Source: Ascoidea asiatica JCM 7603
Lineage: Eukaryota > Fungi > Ascomycota
Length of the DNA: 40,544 nt
Assembly: GCA_001600695.1 (NCBI GenBank)
Contig: BCKQ01000006.1
Span: forward strand, 946,862-987,405
Reading direction: 5' to 3'
Below the pieces are notes generated by a model, which was not told the DNA's origin, did no database searches, and saw only the letters and a list, made by a program, of their open reading frames with translations. A program made the translations under genes and the position numbers. Every line of letters starts with the position of its first letter. Within the stretch, counting starts at the first letter, position 1. Below are positions 10,208 through 20,269 of this stretch, piece by piece.

Positions 10208-10563
10208 AATCATATAAATTTAAATATCAAATATAACTAAACTAAATAAATTTATTTGAAAGTCTTATTCTCGTTTAATTCTTTAATTTTTTTTCACTTT
10301 TTTTTAAATTTTCATTTTAAGATAAAAATCACTTTCTGTTTCAAATTATATGTAGGCCTTTTTTAAAATTTGAAGCTACATTTTCAAGATGATAAAGTAT
10401 AAAAATTGTAAGAAAACTTATTACAAATTATAAATTACATATTACAATTACGTACTATAATTATCTATTGAGATTATGTATTATGATTTCAAAATTACTG
10501 AAAACCAAAAAAAAAAAAATATATATTATATACAAATTAATTAGTGAATTAACAACTTATTTC

Positions 10564-11247
10564 TTATCTTTTCATAAAAGATCTTGTTACATTAGATAAT
10601 AATCCAGTTGCTCTTGCTCTTTTAATTGCTTTAGACAATCTCTTTTGGGATCTTACAGTAAGACCTACATTTGCATCTCTATGATAAATTTGACCAGTTG
10701 CAGTTAAATAATTAGATAAAAATTGAGGGAAACAAACTAATTTTAAAGGATCTATATGTAATCTAAGAAATTTATCATTTAAGAATTTTAAAGATTTTGA
10801 TTTTGAAGTATTTTTTGTTGGATTTTGAATTTTTTCAAAATCAAGATTTGATAAATGATCAACATTTTTTTTATAACTTTCAGTTCTAACTTTTTTAATT
10901 AAATTTAATTTAGCCATTGAAAAATCAAAAGGATTATAAACAGAACCTTCTTTGAAATTTGAAATAAATTTTTGATTTATTTCAACTTTTTTAACTTCAG
11001 ATGCATTTTGTTCTTCACTAAGTACCTTTTTTAAAAATTTAGGATTATTATTAGTCCATTTAGCGTTAAAATTTGTAGCTAAAATAAATATATATATGTT
11101 AATAAAAATATACTAATAAAAAGGATATTTATAATGATAATTATATTATAACTTACAAGTAGTTGAAAAAGCTTTTTTGAATGAATTAAAAGTTATTATT
11201 TTTTTTGAAAAACAATTGAAAGTACTTAAAGTACTCAGAGAAGACAT
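10564..11247 (-). CDS. RSM18: Mitochondrial small-subunit ribosomal protein bS18m; 2 exons (11247-11157, 11078-10564), about 201 aa
   Basis: S18 domain (FLSNYLTATGQIYHRDANVGLTVRSQKRLSKAIKRARATGLL) and YNPFDFS motif. The spliced product begins with a presequence-like MSSLSTLSTFNCFSKKII...KKAFSTTS and stays in frame. Confidence 0.9.
11079..11156 (-). other. Spliceosomal intron (78 nt) in RSM18
   Basis: Donor GTAAGT (11156), branch TATTAAC (11104-11098), acceptor TTTTAG (11079); phase 1 splicing restores the frame. Confidence 0.85.
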
Positions 11248-11435
11248 TTTTGATTATATTAATTTTCTTTTTCTTCTTAAAGTAGCATTGATTAAATCAA
11301 TATAATGACTTAATATATTCTATTGTATATTATTGTAATAATGTATATCAATTTTTATTCATTTCATTTATTTCATTTATTTCATTCAATCGAATAAAAG
11401 GTCAATATCGAGAAAATCAAAAAAAGAAGAAGTGG

Positions 11436-11443
11436 CACGTGAC
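11436..11443. promoter_or_regulatory. Cbf1-type site upstream of RSM18
   Basis: CACGTGAC (GTCACGTG on the minus strand); motif match only. Confidence 0.4.
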
Positions 11444-11580
11444 TTTAGTTAGTGATATTAAAGTTACTTTAATTTGCCAATAATTTACTTTTACCTTTAA
11501 ATGAAAGGTGAATGAATCTATTGAAGGTATATTTATATAAGTATATTATTATACAGTATATAATGAAGAAATGTTTATGA

Positions 11581-12504
11581 TTATTTTAGGGCAGATTTAT
11601 TTTTTTGCCAAATAGCTATTTTTTCTTTAAACATATCACCAATACTAACCATGAAAATAGTTTGCCAAATACCTAAACCAATTCTTGGAGTTACACCTCT
11701 ATAAAGACCTTTAATACCATTAGTATTATAAATATATTTAAAAGCAGAAAGTACATTTAAATTTTTTGGTCTATTTAAATCTTTTGTTTTACTTTGTAAT
11801 TCAACTCTAATAACTTCAATTGGTTGATTCCAAGCAGATAAACCACCACCAACAGCAGAAGCTAAAACTTTTTCATAAATATTTAATTTTTCATCAATTG
11901 ATTTATTTGTAATTTTTTTAATTAAATCTTCAGATAATCTTGCAAAACCAAATCTTGAACCCCAATTTGTACATTGTCTAATTGCAACAGCATTTACACC
12001 TTTATTTATACCTTTAATACCTTCTTTTGCATAAATTTTTTTAAAAACTTGAAAAGTTGAATCAATTGGAGTACCTAAATTAGCTTGTTTTGATCTTGTA
12101 ATTTCAACAGTTTTCATACAAGTACAAAACCCCATAGTTGCATAAGCTTGAGCAATACCACCAATCATACCACCACCAATACCAGAAATAAAATTAGTTG
12201 CACCAAATAATTTACAATAATATTCAGCTTCTGCAGAAACAAATAATAATACACCACCTTTTGTACCAGCTTCAATCCAAGCCCAAGGTATTAAACCTTG
12301 ATAAAAACCTAAAGGACCACCTCTTGACCAAATATATTTAACAGATTTTAATATACCAAAACTTCTATTTGCAGCCATTGTAGTTTTTGTAACTTCTAAA
12401 GGTTGACCTAAAGTTGAAACTTCAACTAAATTTAAAGCAGCTCCAAGAAGTATATTACTTGGATTAATTGGTTTTTTTTTTAATTCAGTTTTTTCAGATG
12501 ACAT
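11581..12504 (-). CDS. YHM2: Mitochondrial citrate/oxoglutarate carrier
   Basis: NILLGAALNLVEVSTLGQPLEVTKTTMAANR, GLIPWAWIEA, ATMGFCTCMKTVEITR, AIRQCTNWGSRFG and WNQPIEVIRVE are characteristic of Yhm2. Confidence 0.96.
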   Translation of the reverse strand: MSSEKTELKKKPINPSNILLGAALNLVEVSTLGQPLEVTKTTMAANRSFGILKSVKYIWSRGGPLGFYQGLIPWAWIEAGTKGGVLLFVSAEAEYYCKLFGATNFISGIGGGMIGGIAQAYATMGFCTCMKTVEITRSKQANLGTPIDSTFQVFKKIYAKEGIKGINKGVNAVAIRQCTNWGSRFGFARLSEDLIKKITNKSIDEKLNIYEKVLASAVGGGLSAWNQPIEVIRVELQSKTKDLNRPKNLNVLSAFKYIYNTNGIKGLYRGVTPRIGLGIWQTIFMVSIGDMFKEKIAIWQKNKSALK

Positions 12505-12565
12505 TTTTATTTTTTTATTTTTTTATTTGAAAATAGATATAATATAAAATTTAGAGATAAGGAAA

Positions 12566-12600
12566 GGAAAAAGGAAAAAGGAAAAAGGAAAAAGGAAAAA
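12566..12600. repeat. (GGAAAAA)5 minisatellite just upstream of YHM2
   Basis: Five exact 7-bp units. Confidence 0.9.
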
Positions 12601-13555
12601 AGCAAAATATGAAAAGCAAAAATCAAGAAAATATAAATATTATGTATATGTATATATATATATATATTAATTGAGTCTATTTCAGATGAGATAAGAAATT
12701 GTAAGAATCAATCAATCTCAGTCAATTAATTAATTATAAAAATGAAATTAAAAGTTTAATAAATTTAAAGAAATATAAACAATAAATATCTAAAAAAAAA
12801 GAAATGGAAAAAGAAAATAAAAGAAAAGAATACAAATAAACAATTGAACAATAATACAATAATAAAAAACAGATTAAAGTTATAATTGAGATTGAGATTA
12901 AGATTGAAATGCAATGAAAATAGAGACAAAAGCCAATTGAAAAAAAAAAAGTCAAATAAAGTTAAAAGAAGAGAAAAGACCAAAATTTTAGATTTCTCCA
13001 GGATATTCAAATCAAAGACTGCGAAAAGTGAAAGGTGAAGGAAGGTGAAGGTTTAGTATGAAGATTAAGATGAAGATTAAGATGAAGATGAAAGGGATTT
13101 GGCAGTCTTCTGGCTAGAAAGCATTTCTCTACCAGTACGTAGCAGTGCAATCTGGAGCCAGAGTCTGAGGGTGCAACTGACGATGCAAGACACTCGCCGG
13201 GATCGGATCTGGCACGTGCTTATCCAGAGCACGGCCACATCGACCCAGCCATCTGGTTTCTGGATTTAGCCAGGCGTGGTGTTAGTGTGGCGCATCCCCG
13301 GGAATGTCCTATTTTATGAATTCTGATAAATATTGGGGCAGAGCTTGTCCTGGATGGGATTTTCTGCTTGCAAAGAAGCCGGTGTCCAAATGCCGGCGCC
13401 CGGTTCCATACAACAATTTCCAAATTTTTCACTATTTGATATTTAGTACTGTACCAGTACTGTAATAAATTTATATTTATTTATTGATTTATTTCACTTT
13501 TTGTTTATATTACATTTTACTTTCTTGATATTTATAAAATATAACTAATTTCAAA

Positions 13556-14401
13556 ATGTCAAAGATTTTTTTATCTAAATATTCATTGAATAAATCATTG
13601 GATCTATTAATTGGTACAATTCCTGGAAAAGATAAATTAACAAAATTTTTACAATTTTTTTTTCAATTAATTTCGTTAATTTTACATCAAGATATTCCAA
13701 TAAATATATATTATGATTTAATTTTTTCTAATTTTAATGTCATTAACAATAACCTTACCAATGATAACAAAATAAATAATTTTGGTATAAAATTCAAAGA
13801 TGAAATTGAAACTTTTGATTTAATATTTATTTCAAAATTAGTTCCATATATTTCAATATTTAGAAAAACTTTAAGATTTGGTTCTTTATTTTATAAATTT
13901 AAAATTTTAATAATAAGTTTCAATCAATTTTTTAAATTCAAAATCAGTTTTAATTATATTTTCAATCTCATCCAATTAATCCTATCTTTTTATTATACTT
14001 TATTTGATGAATTAAATTTATTAATTAGATTAAAATTATTTGAAAATTTACCAATAAATTTAGTCACAGAGAATTTTATAAAAATGTCTTTCAATAATGA
14101 ATTAATTGCTTTATTCTTAAATACAATTTATTTATTATCTTCAAATTTATTAAGAATTTTAAATTTAATTAAATTTAATAATAAAATTTCATCTAAAAAA
14201 ACTAAAAGTAAAAGTAAAAATTTGAAATTGAAATTAAAATTCAATCATAATTATATTCTTTACTTAGACACTTTCAGATTAATCAATGAACTTATTATGC
14301 ATTCAATACTATTATTTAAAATTCCATGTTATTCTTCAATATTTGTTTTCTTTGGTCTTTTCTCTTCTTCTTCTTCCATCATCATTTTCTTAAATCAATA
14401 A
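13556..14401 (+). CDS. Divergent Pex11/Pex25-family peroxisomal membrane protein
   Basis: GKDKLTKFLQF and ISIFRKTLRFG amphipathic-helix motifs, YTLFDELNLL, hydrophobic C-terminus; subfamily not resolvable by eye. Confidence 0.7.
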   Translation: MSKIFLSKYSLNKSLDLLIGTIPGKDKLTKFLQFFFQLISLILHQDIPINIYYDLIFSNFNVINNNLTNDNKINNFGIKFKDEIETFDLIFISKLVPYISIFRKTLRFGSLFYKFKILIISFNQFFKFKISFNYIFNLIQLILSFYYTLFDELNLLIRLKLFENLPINLVTENFIKMSFNNELIALFLNTIYLLSSNLLRILNLIKFNNKISSKKTKSKSKNLKLKLKFNHNYILYLDTFRLINELIMHSILLFKIPCYSSIFVFFGLFSSSSSIIIFLNQ

Positions 14402-14919
14402 TAAATATAAAATTAATAAACATTAAATTGATAAATGCAGCATAGCTGGAATGAAGCCAGTTTCACGGCGCCCCTCCAATCTCAACCAGCATCTTCAGCC
14501 CGATTTTCCTCCGCTTTTTTGGTTTCTTAATGCGATTTTATCGAAATAAAAAATAAAAATTAAAAAATAAAAACTAAAAATAAACATCAAAAAAAAGACA
14601 GAAGTGAAAATAAAAACACAAAAAATAAAAAGAATATAAGCGACACTGTTCCCAGTTTATATTTCAAATTAAGTATTATTTTAATCTCACTCATTCTTTT
14701 ACATTTCTTTTCATAATCATATATTATATATCCTATAAATATACGTATAAATTCCTATTGTCTTTTATTTCAATCTTCGTTTTTTTTATTCTCATTTTTT
14801 TTGATCCAAATAGAAACCTATATTATATAACTATACTATAAAATCAAATTAAACGCTGTATCATCAATCAATCAATCAATCAATCAATTATATATATATA
14901 TATACACATAATATTCTAA

Positions 14920-17499
14920 ATGTTTAAATCAATAAAGGCTTTTGCTTCAGGAACTAGTCTATCTCAATCTGAATCACAATATCAAAATAAAAATGAAAAT
15001 GACAATAATAAAAATTCTGATGATTTTCCCGAAATTGAAAGAGTTAGAACAAATGGTAATCATTTAACAATTGAAGATGAAAATAATGGTCTAAATAATT
15101 CAAATTATAATCAATTACCTCCACCTTTCAAAAATCATCAACAACAACAGCAACAGCAACAACAATTACCTGCTCATATTTTACCTTCTTTTCAAATGTA
15201 TCAAGCTTTTATAAGATCAAATTTATATTCAAATAATTCTTCGGATCAAAATGATCTATTATTAGCTGGTTCAAATGATGATACTTTACAAATTTCTCCT
15301 CCAAAGTATCCAATTTCTTCTTCTCCTTCTTCTCATACTAATAATTATAATACTAATAATAACATACCAGATAATAATAATAATAATAACAATAATGATG
15401 ATGATCCTCATTCATATAATCCAACTTCTGATGGTCATATATTTCCAACAATTGACATAAATTCATTTCATCAACCTTTAACAAATAATATAATTCCAAT
15501 TTCTTTAAATTCAAATAATAATTCTTCAATAATGTATGAAAATTTAAAATATCTTAAAACTAATATTAATGATAATTTAATTATAAAAATTATTGTAACT
15601 GAAAAAATTCCAACTCCAAATAATGATTTTCCAAAAATTAATGTTTTAAAAGAAGTTTCAAATGGTGATTTAATTCAAGGTTATGTAATTATTGAAAATA
15701 TTTCAAATAAAAAAATTAAATTTCAAAATTTTTATGTTTCTTTAGAAGGTAAAATTATTGTTTCAAAAAATGAAAAAACTTTAATAACGAAACAAATTTT
15801 AGAAATGATAGATTTAAGTGCTTCTTGGTCTTTTGGTGATATTTTATCAACTTATGGTATATCTTATGATAGATCTGAAACAACTTATGAAGATAAAATT
15901 GATCATTCATTTATTGGTTTTCCAGATAATAGAATTTTAGAACCAAAATCAAAATATAAAAAATTTTTTACTTTTACTTTACCAAATCAATTATTAGATA
16001 ATTATTGTAGACATAATATTCAATCTCATATAATTTTACCTCCAAGTTTTAATATTGATAATTTTAGTAAATGTACAAATTCTTATGATATTGAATTTAA
16101 TTCTTTATTAGGAATTGGTTGTCGTAAACAACATGGTACTCCAATTTTATTAAAAGATTATTCTGGTAAAAATATGTGTATAAATTATTCAATTAATGCA
16201 AATTTAATAACAAAAAAGGATAAAAAATTTATTTTAAATAAAAATGATCCATTAGATAGATTTTGTATATCTTCTTTAAAAAAATTTGATATAAGAGTTG
16301 TTCCATTAAAAAATAATTTTTTTTTAAATAATAATGATAAATTTTTTAATGAATTAAATTTCTCAAATTTAGAAATTAAAAGAATTGAAACTTATATTTC
16401 CAATGAAATTAATGATTTAGAAGCAAATGGATCTGAATCATTATTATCTCAAAATTTCGAAAATGAAAATAATAGTAATAATAGTAATAATAGTAATAAT
16501 AGTAATAATAGTAGTGTGAGTACTTTAATTACACCAGCTACTTCAAATAGTAATATAACTCAATTACCTATAGTAAGACCATCAAATTTAACCAAGAAAT
16601 TAAGTCAATTAAGAACTCAAACGGTTTCAAATATATTAACTGAAAATAATATTAATCATAAAAAAAATATTAATTCAGATTATAATAATGAAAATATAAA
16701 ATATTTTGAAATTGGTAAATTAAATCTTAAAAAAATTAAAAAAATTTCATTATTTGCTGATAGTTCAAAAATTAATATCAATAAAGAAGAAGAAAAAGTA
16801 TTAGAAAGAAAATATGGAGAATTTAATGGTAAAGTTAAAATTGAAGAATATGATTTTCAATATTTATGTCCAAATATGGTTTTACATCAAAATAAAAGTA
16901 TTAGAGAAGCTAATGAAAAATTTTTCAAAAAAAATTCAAATGGTAAAGGAGAGTTTATTAAAAGTATTGAATTTATAATTGAAAAAAATAAAGTTGAAAC
17001 TCAAATTAAAATTAGTAATATACATATTAATTTAATTTCTATAACTACATCAAGTAAAAGATCAGTACCCTTTTTAATTAATCATGAATTTTTTTTAAAT
17101 AATGGAGAAAAATTTGAAAGACATAAAAAAACGTTTGAAAGTTTTGAAAATAGAATTAAAGAATTAGATGAAATCAATCGAAAAAAAATTTCAAGAAGTA
17201 TAATGTATGATATCGAAGCAGTTAATGAATTAATATATAAAAAAGATGAAATTGAATTATTTGAGAATATTAAAATAATCAAAGATGAAAATTGGGAATC
17301 AAATGAAAAAATAAATAAAATCTCAAAAAGAATAAAAATTGAATTCGATGTAATTCGAAGTATGAAGTTAACTCTTTTGCCAGATTTTCAAAGCTGTTTA
17401 ATAAGTAGACTCTATTATATTCAATTGAAGATTGAATTTGATCATAAATTCAGTATTATAGTTCTAATTCCTACATATGTATCAAAACAGTTAAATTAA
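14920..17499 (+). CDS. BUL1: Bul1/Bul2-family Rsp5 ubiquitin-ligase adaptor
   Basis: HILPSFQMYQ, PPxY motif (PPKY), MIDLSASWS, KKFFTFTLPNQLLD, LPPSF and C-terminal LLPDFQSCLISRLYYI. Confidence 0.85.
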   Translation: MFKSIKAFASGTSLSQSESQYQNKNENDNNKNSDDFPEIERVRTNGNHLTIEDENNGLNNSNYNQLPPPFKNHQQQQQQQQQLPAHILPSFQMYQAFIRSNLYSNNSSDQNDLLLAGSNDDTLQISPPKYPISSSPSSHTNNYNTNNNIPDNNNNNNNNDDDPHSYNPTSDGHIFPTIDINSFHQPLTNNIIPISLNSNNNSSIMYENLKYLKTNINDNLIIKIIVTEKIPTPNNDFPKINVLKEVSNGDLIQGYVIIENISNKKIKFQNFYVSLEGKIIVSKNEKTLITKQILEMIDLSASWSFGDILSTYGISYDRSETTYEDKIDHSFIGFPDNRILEPKSKYKKFFTFTLPNQLLDNYCRHNIQSHIILPPSFNIDNFSKCTNSYDIEFNSLLGIGCRKQHGTPILLKDYSGKNMCINYSINANLITKKDKKFILNKNDPLDRFCISSLKKFDIRVVPLKNNFFLNNNDKFFNELNFSNLEIKRIETYISNEINDLEANGSESLLSQNFENENNSNNSNNSNNSNNSSVSTLITPATSNSNITQLPIVRPSNLTKKLSQLRTQTVSNILTENNINHKKNINSDYNNENIKYFEIGKLNLKKIKKISLFADSSKININKEEEKVLERKYGEFNGKVKIEEYDFQYLCPNMVLHQNKSIREANEKFFKKNSNGKGEFIKSIEFIIEKNKVETQIKISNIHINLISITTSSKRSVPFLINHEFFLNNGEKFERHKKTFESFENRIKELDEINRKKISRSIMYDIEAVNELIYKKDEIELFENIKIIKDENWESNEKINKISKRIKIEFDVIRSMKLTLLPDFQSCLISRLYYIQLKIEFDHKFSIIVLIPTYVSKQLN

Positions 17500-17646
17500 A
17501 TTAATTATTATTAAACTTTTCTCAGATTGTAATTTTTTTTTACTTTCTTCTGTAAATTAATTTTTCTTTCTTCTTTAAATAAGAACAGAAAAAAGATTTC
17601 TCTTAAAAATTATGAGCCGGGAAGATCCTAGCCGATATCCGAAATT

Positions 17647-17680
17647 TTTTTGGCCAAAAACTGGGTCTTTTTAAGACCCA
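17647..17680. repeat. Adjacent short palindrome and hairpin upstream of BRF1
   Basis: TTTTTGGCCAAAAA (17647-17660) and TGGGTCTT-TTT-AAGACCCA (17662-17680). Confidence 0.75.
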
Positions 17681-17715
17681 TCACATTGGATTCAAAAAAA
17701 AAACATTCGAATTGA

Positions 17716-17722
17716 CGGGTAA
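17716..17722. promoter_or_regulatory. Reb1-like site
   Basis: CGGGTAA next to a T-tract; motif match only. Confidence 0.35.
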
Positions 17723-17944
17723 TTTTTTGATACGCCACGCAAGTTTTATATATCTGTTTATGGTAATTGCGCCATTTTACACGGCCACCTTGCGGTGAAT
17801 GCAACCAAATTTAACAATAAATTTAGCAATGCAGTAACAGTTAATAACAGTGAGAAATATCACAGAATCCGGTGAGTATGGCAATTGTTTATCGCGCTTG
17901 AACTCAGGAATATTCTATGCTTACATTACTGGCACAGTGCCGAC

Positions 17945-17968
17945 ACATTGATACATTGATACATTGAT
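17945..17968. repeat. (ACATTGAT)3 tandem repeat
   Basis: Three exact 8-bp units, with further degenerate CATTGAT copies downstream. Confidence 0.85.
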
Positions 17969-18389
17969 ACATTAGTGCATTGATACTGGATATCCATTGA
18001 TATACTGTATGATATGGGTGGGTATGAATTAAATTTACTGGAACTAAAGAAAGTCATACTTCTGAATATTTCCATTTCTAACTGAAGAATATTTATCCAA
18101 CATTTTAGGATTATCTCATAAGCTACTTATTTTCTAAATTTATCTTGTCATCATTGTTTATTTAGTTATCACTTCTTTAGTTCCTCATCGAAAGAAGCTT
18201 TCAGAATATTCAGCTTCCAGATTATCCCAATAAAATTTATATCAATATCATATTTATTCTTTCTTTTCTTTTATTTTCTTTTTAATTATTATTTTCTTTT
18301 TTTGGAAATTATATTATATCATATTATTTTATTTTATTTTATATAATAATTATTGATTTACAAGTGTATCAAAAAAACTAATATTTATA

Positions 18390-19934
18390 ATGGATTCTCA
18401 TAAACAAAAACCAAAACGAAGATGTCCAAATTGTCATAGTACTCAATTAGTAAAGGATACAACATCTCCTTCTTCTGATATATCTTGTAGGAATTGTGGT
18501 TCTCTTGTTGAAGAAAATCCAATTGTTTCTGAAGTTACTTTTGGAGAATCTTCATCTGGTGCTGCAACTGTTAATGGTTCTTTTGTTGCTTTAGATGGTG
18601 CTAGATCTGGTGGTTCTTTTAATCCCAGATCTATATCTTCTTTACAATCAAGAGAGTTAACTTTAAGTAATGCAAAAAGAAAAATTAAAGCCTTAGCTTG
18701 GTCTTTAAAAGTTCCGGAGTTTGCTTCAGAATCTGCTTTTGGTTGGTTTAAATTAGCTTTAACAAATAATTTTGTTAAAGGTAGAAGAACAAATAATGTT
18801 ATTGCTGCTTGTCTTTATGTTGCTTGTAGAAAAGAAAAAACTCATCATATGTTAATTGAATTTAGTTCTCAATTACAAACTTCTGTTTTTACTCTTGGTT
18901 CAACTTATATGAAAATGGTTAAAGCTTTACATATAACTTCAATTCCATTAACTGATCCTTCTGTTTATGTTCAAAGCTTTTGTGATCAACTTGATTTTGG
19001 TGATAAAACCGTTAAAGTTGTAAAAGATGCTGTGAAAATTGCTAAAATTATGTCAAAAGAATGGATTCAAGAAGGTAGAAGACCCGCTGGTGTTGCTGGT
19101 GCTTCTGTATTCTTAGCTGCTAGAGTTAATAATTTTAGAAGAACTCATACTGAAATTGTTGCAGTTTCTCATGTAGCTGAAGATACAATTCAAAAAAGAC
19201 TTAATGAATTTAAAGAAACTGGTTCTGGTTCACTTTCAATTTCTAAATTTAGAGATGAAAAAGTTGATGAAAATTCTGCTATAAAAACTTCTTTACCACC
19301 AAGTTTTAAAAGAAATAAAGCAAAAGAAAAAAAATTAAAAAATAAATCTCAAAAATCTGAAGCTGATGTTAAAAGTGATCCTTTAATGCAAATGGTATTT
19401 CAAGATGGTCAATTAACTGAACAAGAAATTCAACTTCAAATTAAAAAATTTTTAAAAAAAAAATCAATATCTGGTAATGATAATAATGACAATGATAATA
19501 ATAGTGATAATGATAGTGATACTAATGACAAATTTCCAAGTGTACCTAAAATAACAAAATTAGAAATTGCTTCTAAATTACCAACATCGGAAGAAATTCT
19601 TAATAAAATCTCTTCAAAAACAGATACATTTTCTGATTTAGATGATGATGAATTAGATGATTGGATTGTTACAGAAGAAGAAGCGAAACAAAAAGAAGAA
19701 GTATGGGTTAATTTAAATGCTGATTATTTAATCGAAGAAAAAAAGAAACAGTTGAAAAGAGAAAGTGATGAAATATCTGGTCATGCTCAACCTAAAAAGA
19801 AACCAAGAAATAAATTTAAAGATGATCCTGAATCTGGTAAAAAAGAAGGTAGTCATCCTTCTGATGCTTTAATAACAAAATCTCTAAGTAAAAAAATCAA
19901 TTATAATGTTGTTAAAGATTTATTTGGAGAATAA
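18390..19934 (+). CDS. BRF1: TFIIIB subunit Brf1
   Basis: Zn ribbon CPNC...CRNCG, ENPIVSEVTFGE, cyclin folds (NFVKGRRTNNVIAACLYVACRKEKTHHMLI; GRRPAGVAGA) and C-terminal SKKINY. Confidence 0.97.
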   Translation: MDSHKQKPKRRCPNCHSTQLVKDTTSPSSDISCRNCGSLVEENPIVSEVTFGESSSGAATVNGSFVALDGARSGGSFNPRSISSLQSRELTLSNAKRKIKALAWSLKVPEFASESAFGWFKLALTNNFVKGRRTNNVIAACLYVACRKEKTHHMLIEFSSQLQTSVFTLGSTYMKMVKALHITSIPLTDPSVYVQSFCDQLDFGDKTVKVVKDAVKIAKIMSKEWIQEGRRPAGVAGASVFLAARVNNFRRTHTEIVAVSHVAEDTIQKRLNEFKETGSGSLSISKFRDEKVDENSAIKTSLPPSFKRNKAKEKKLKNKSQKSEADVKSDPLMQMVFQDGQLTEQEIQLQIKKFLKKKSISGNDNNDNDNNSDNDSDTNDKFPSVPKITKLEIASKLPTSEEILNKISSKTDTFSDLDDDELDDWIVTEEEAKQKEEVWVNLNADYLIEEKKKQLKRESDEISGHAQPKKKPRNKFKDDPESGKKEGSHPSDALITKSLSKKINYNVVKDLFGE

Positions 19935-20269
19935 TCAAAAAATATTTATTTTATTTTTTCTTAAAACTTTTATGCTATATTCTTAAATCAGTAATGTTCT
20001 TTTTATAACCCTTTCAGTTTTATATCTTTTATTATATTTCTCTTTCATTGTATTTATATAACCAACTCTTAGTTTATTAATCCTTTTCATCTTTTTAATA
20101 AAACCTCTACCAAAAAAAAACTTCTTTATAGACATTTATAACTAAAAAATAAAATTTTTTTACAAACAACCTCAAAACCATGTTCATACTGTATTCAATA
20201 TTGCACATACAGTATATTAAAATGAACTTTTCAAGTATAGATATACAGTATATATATATACTATATAGT

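Noticed and set aside
13380-13402. Oleate response element upstream of the peroxin gene (CGG-N17-CCG)
   Set aside because: Lacks the TNA core of CGGN3TNAN8-12CCG; expected by chance in a GC island
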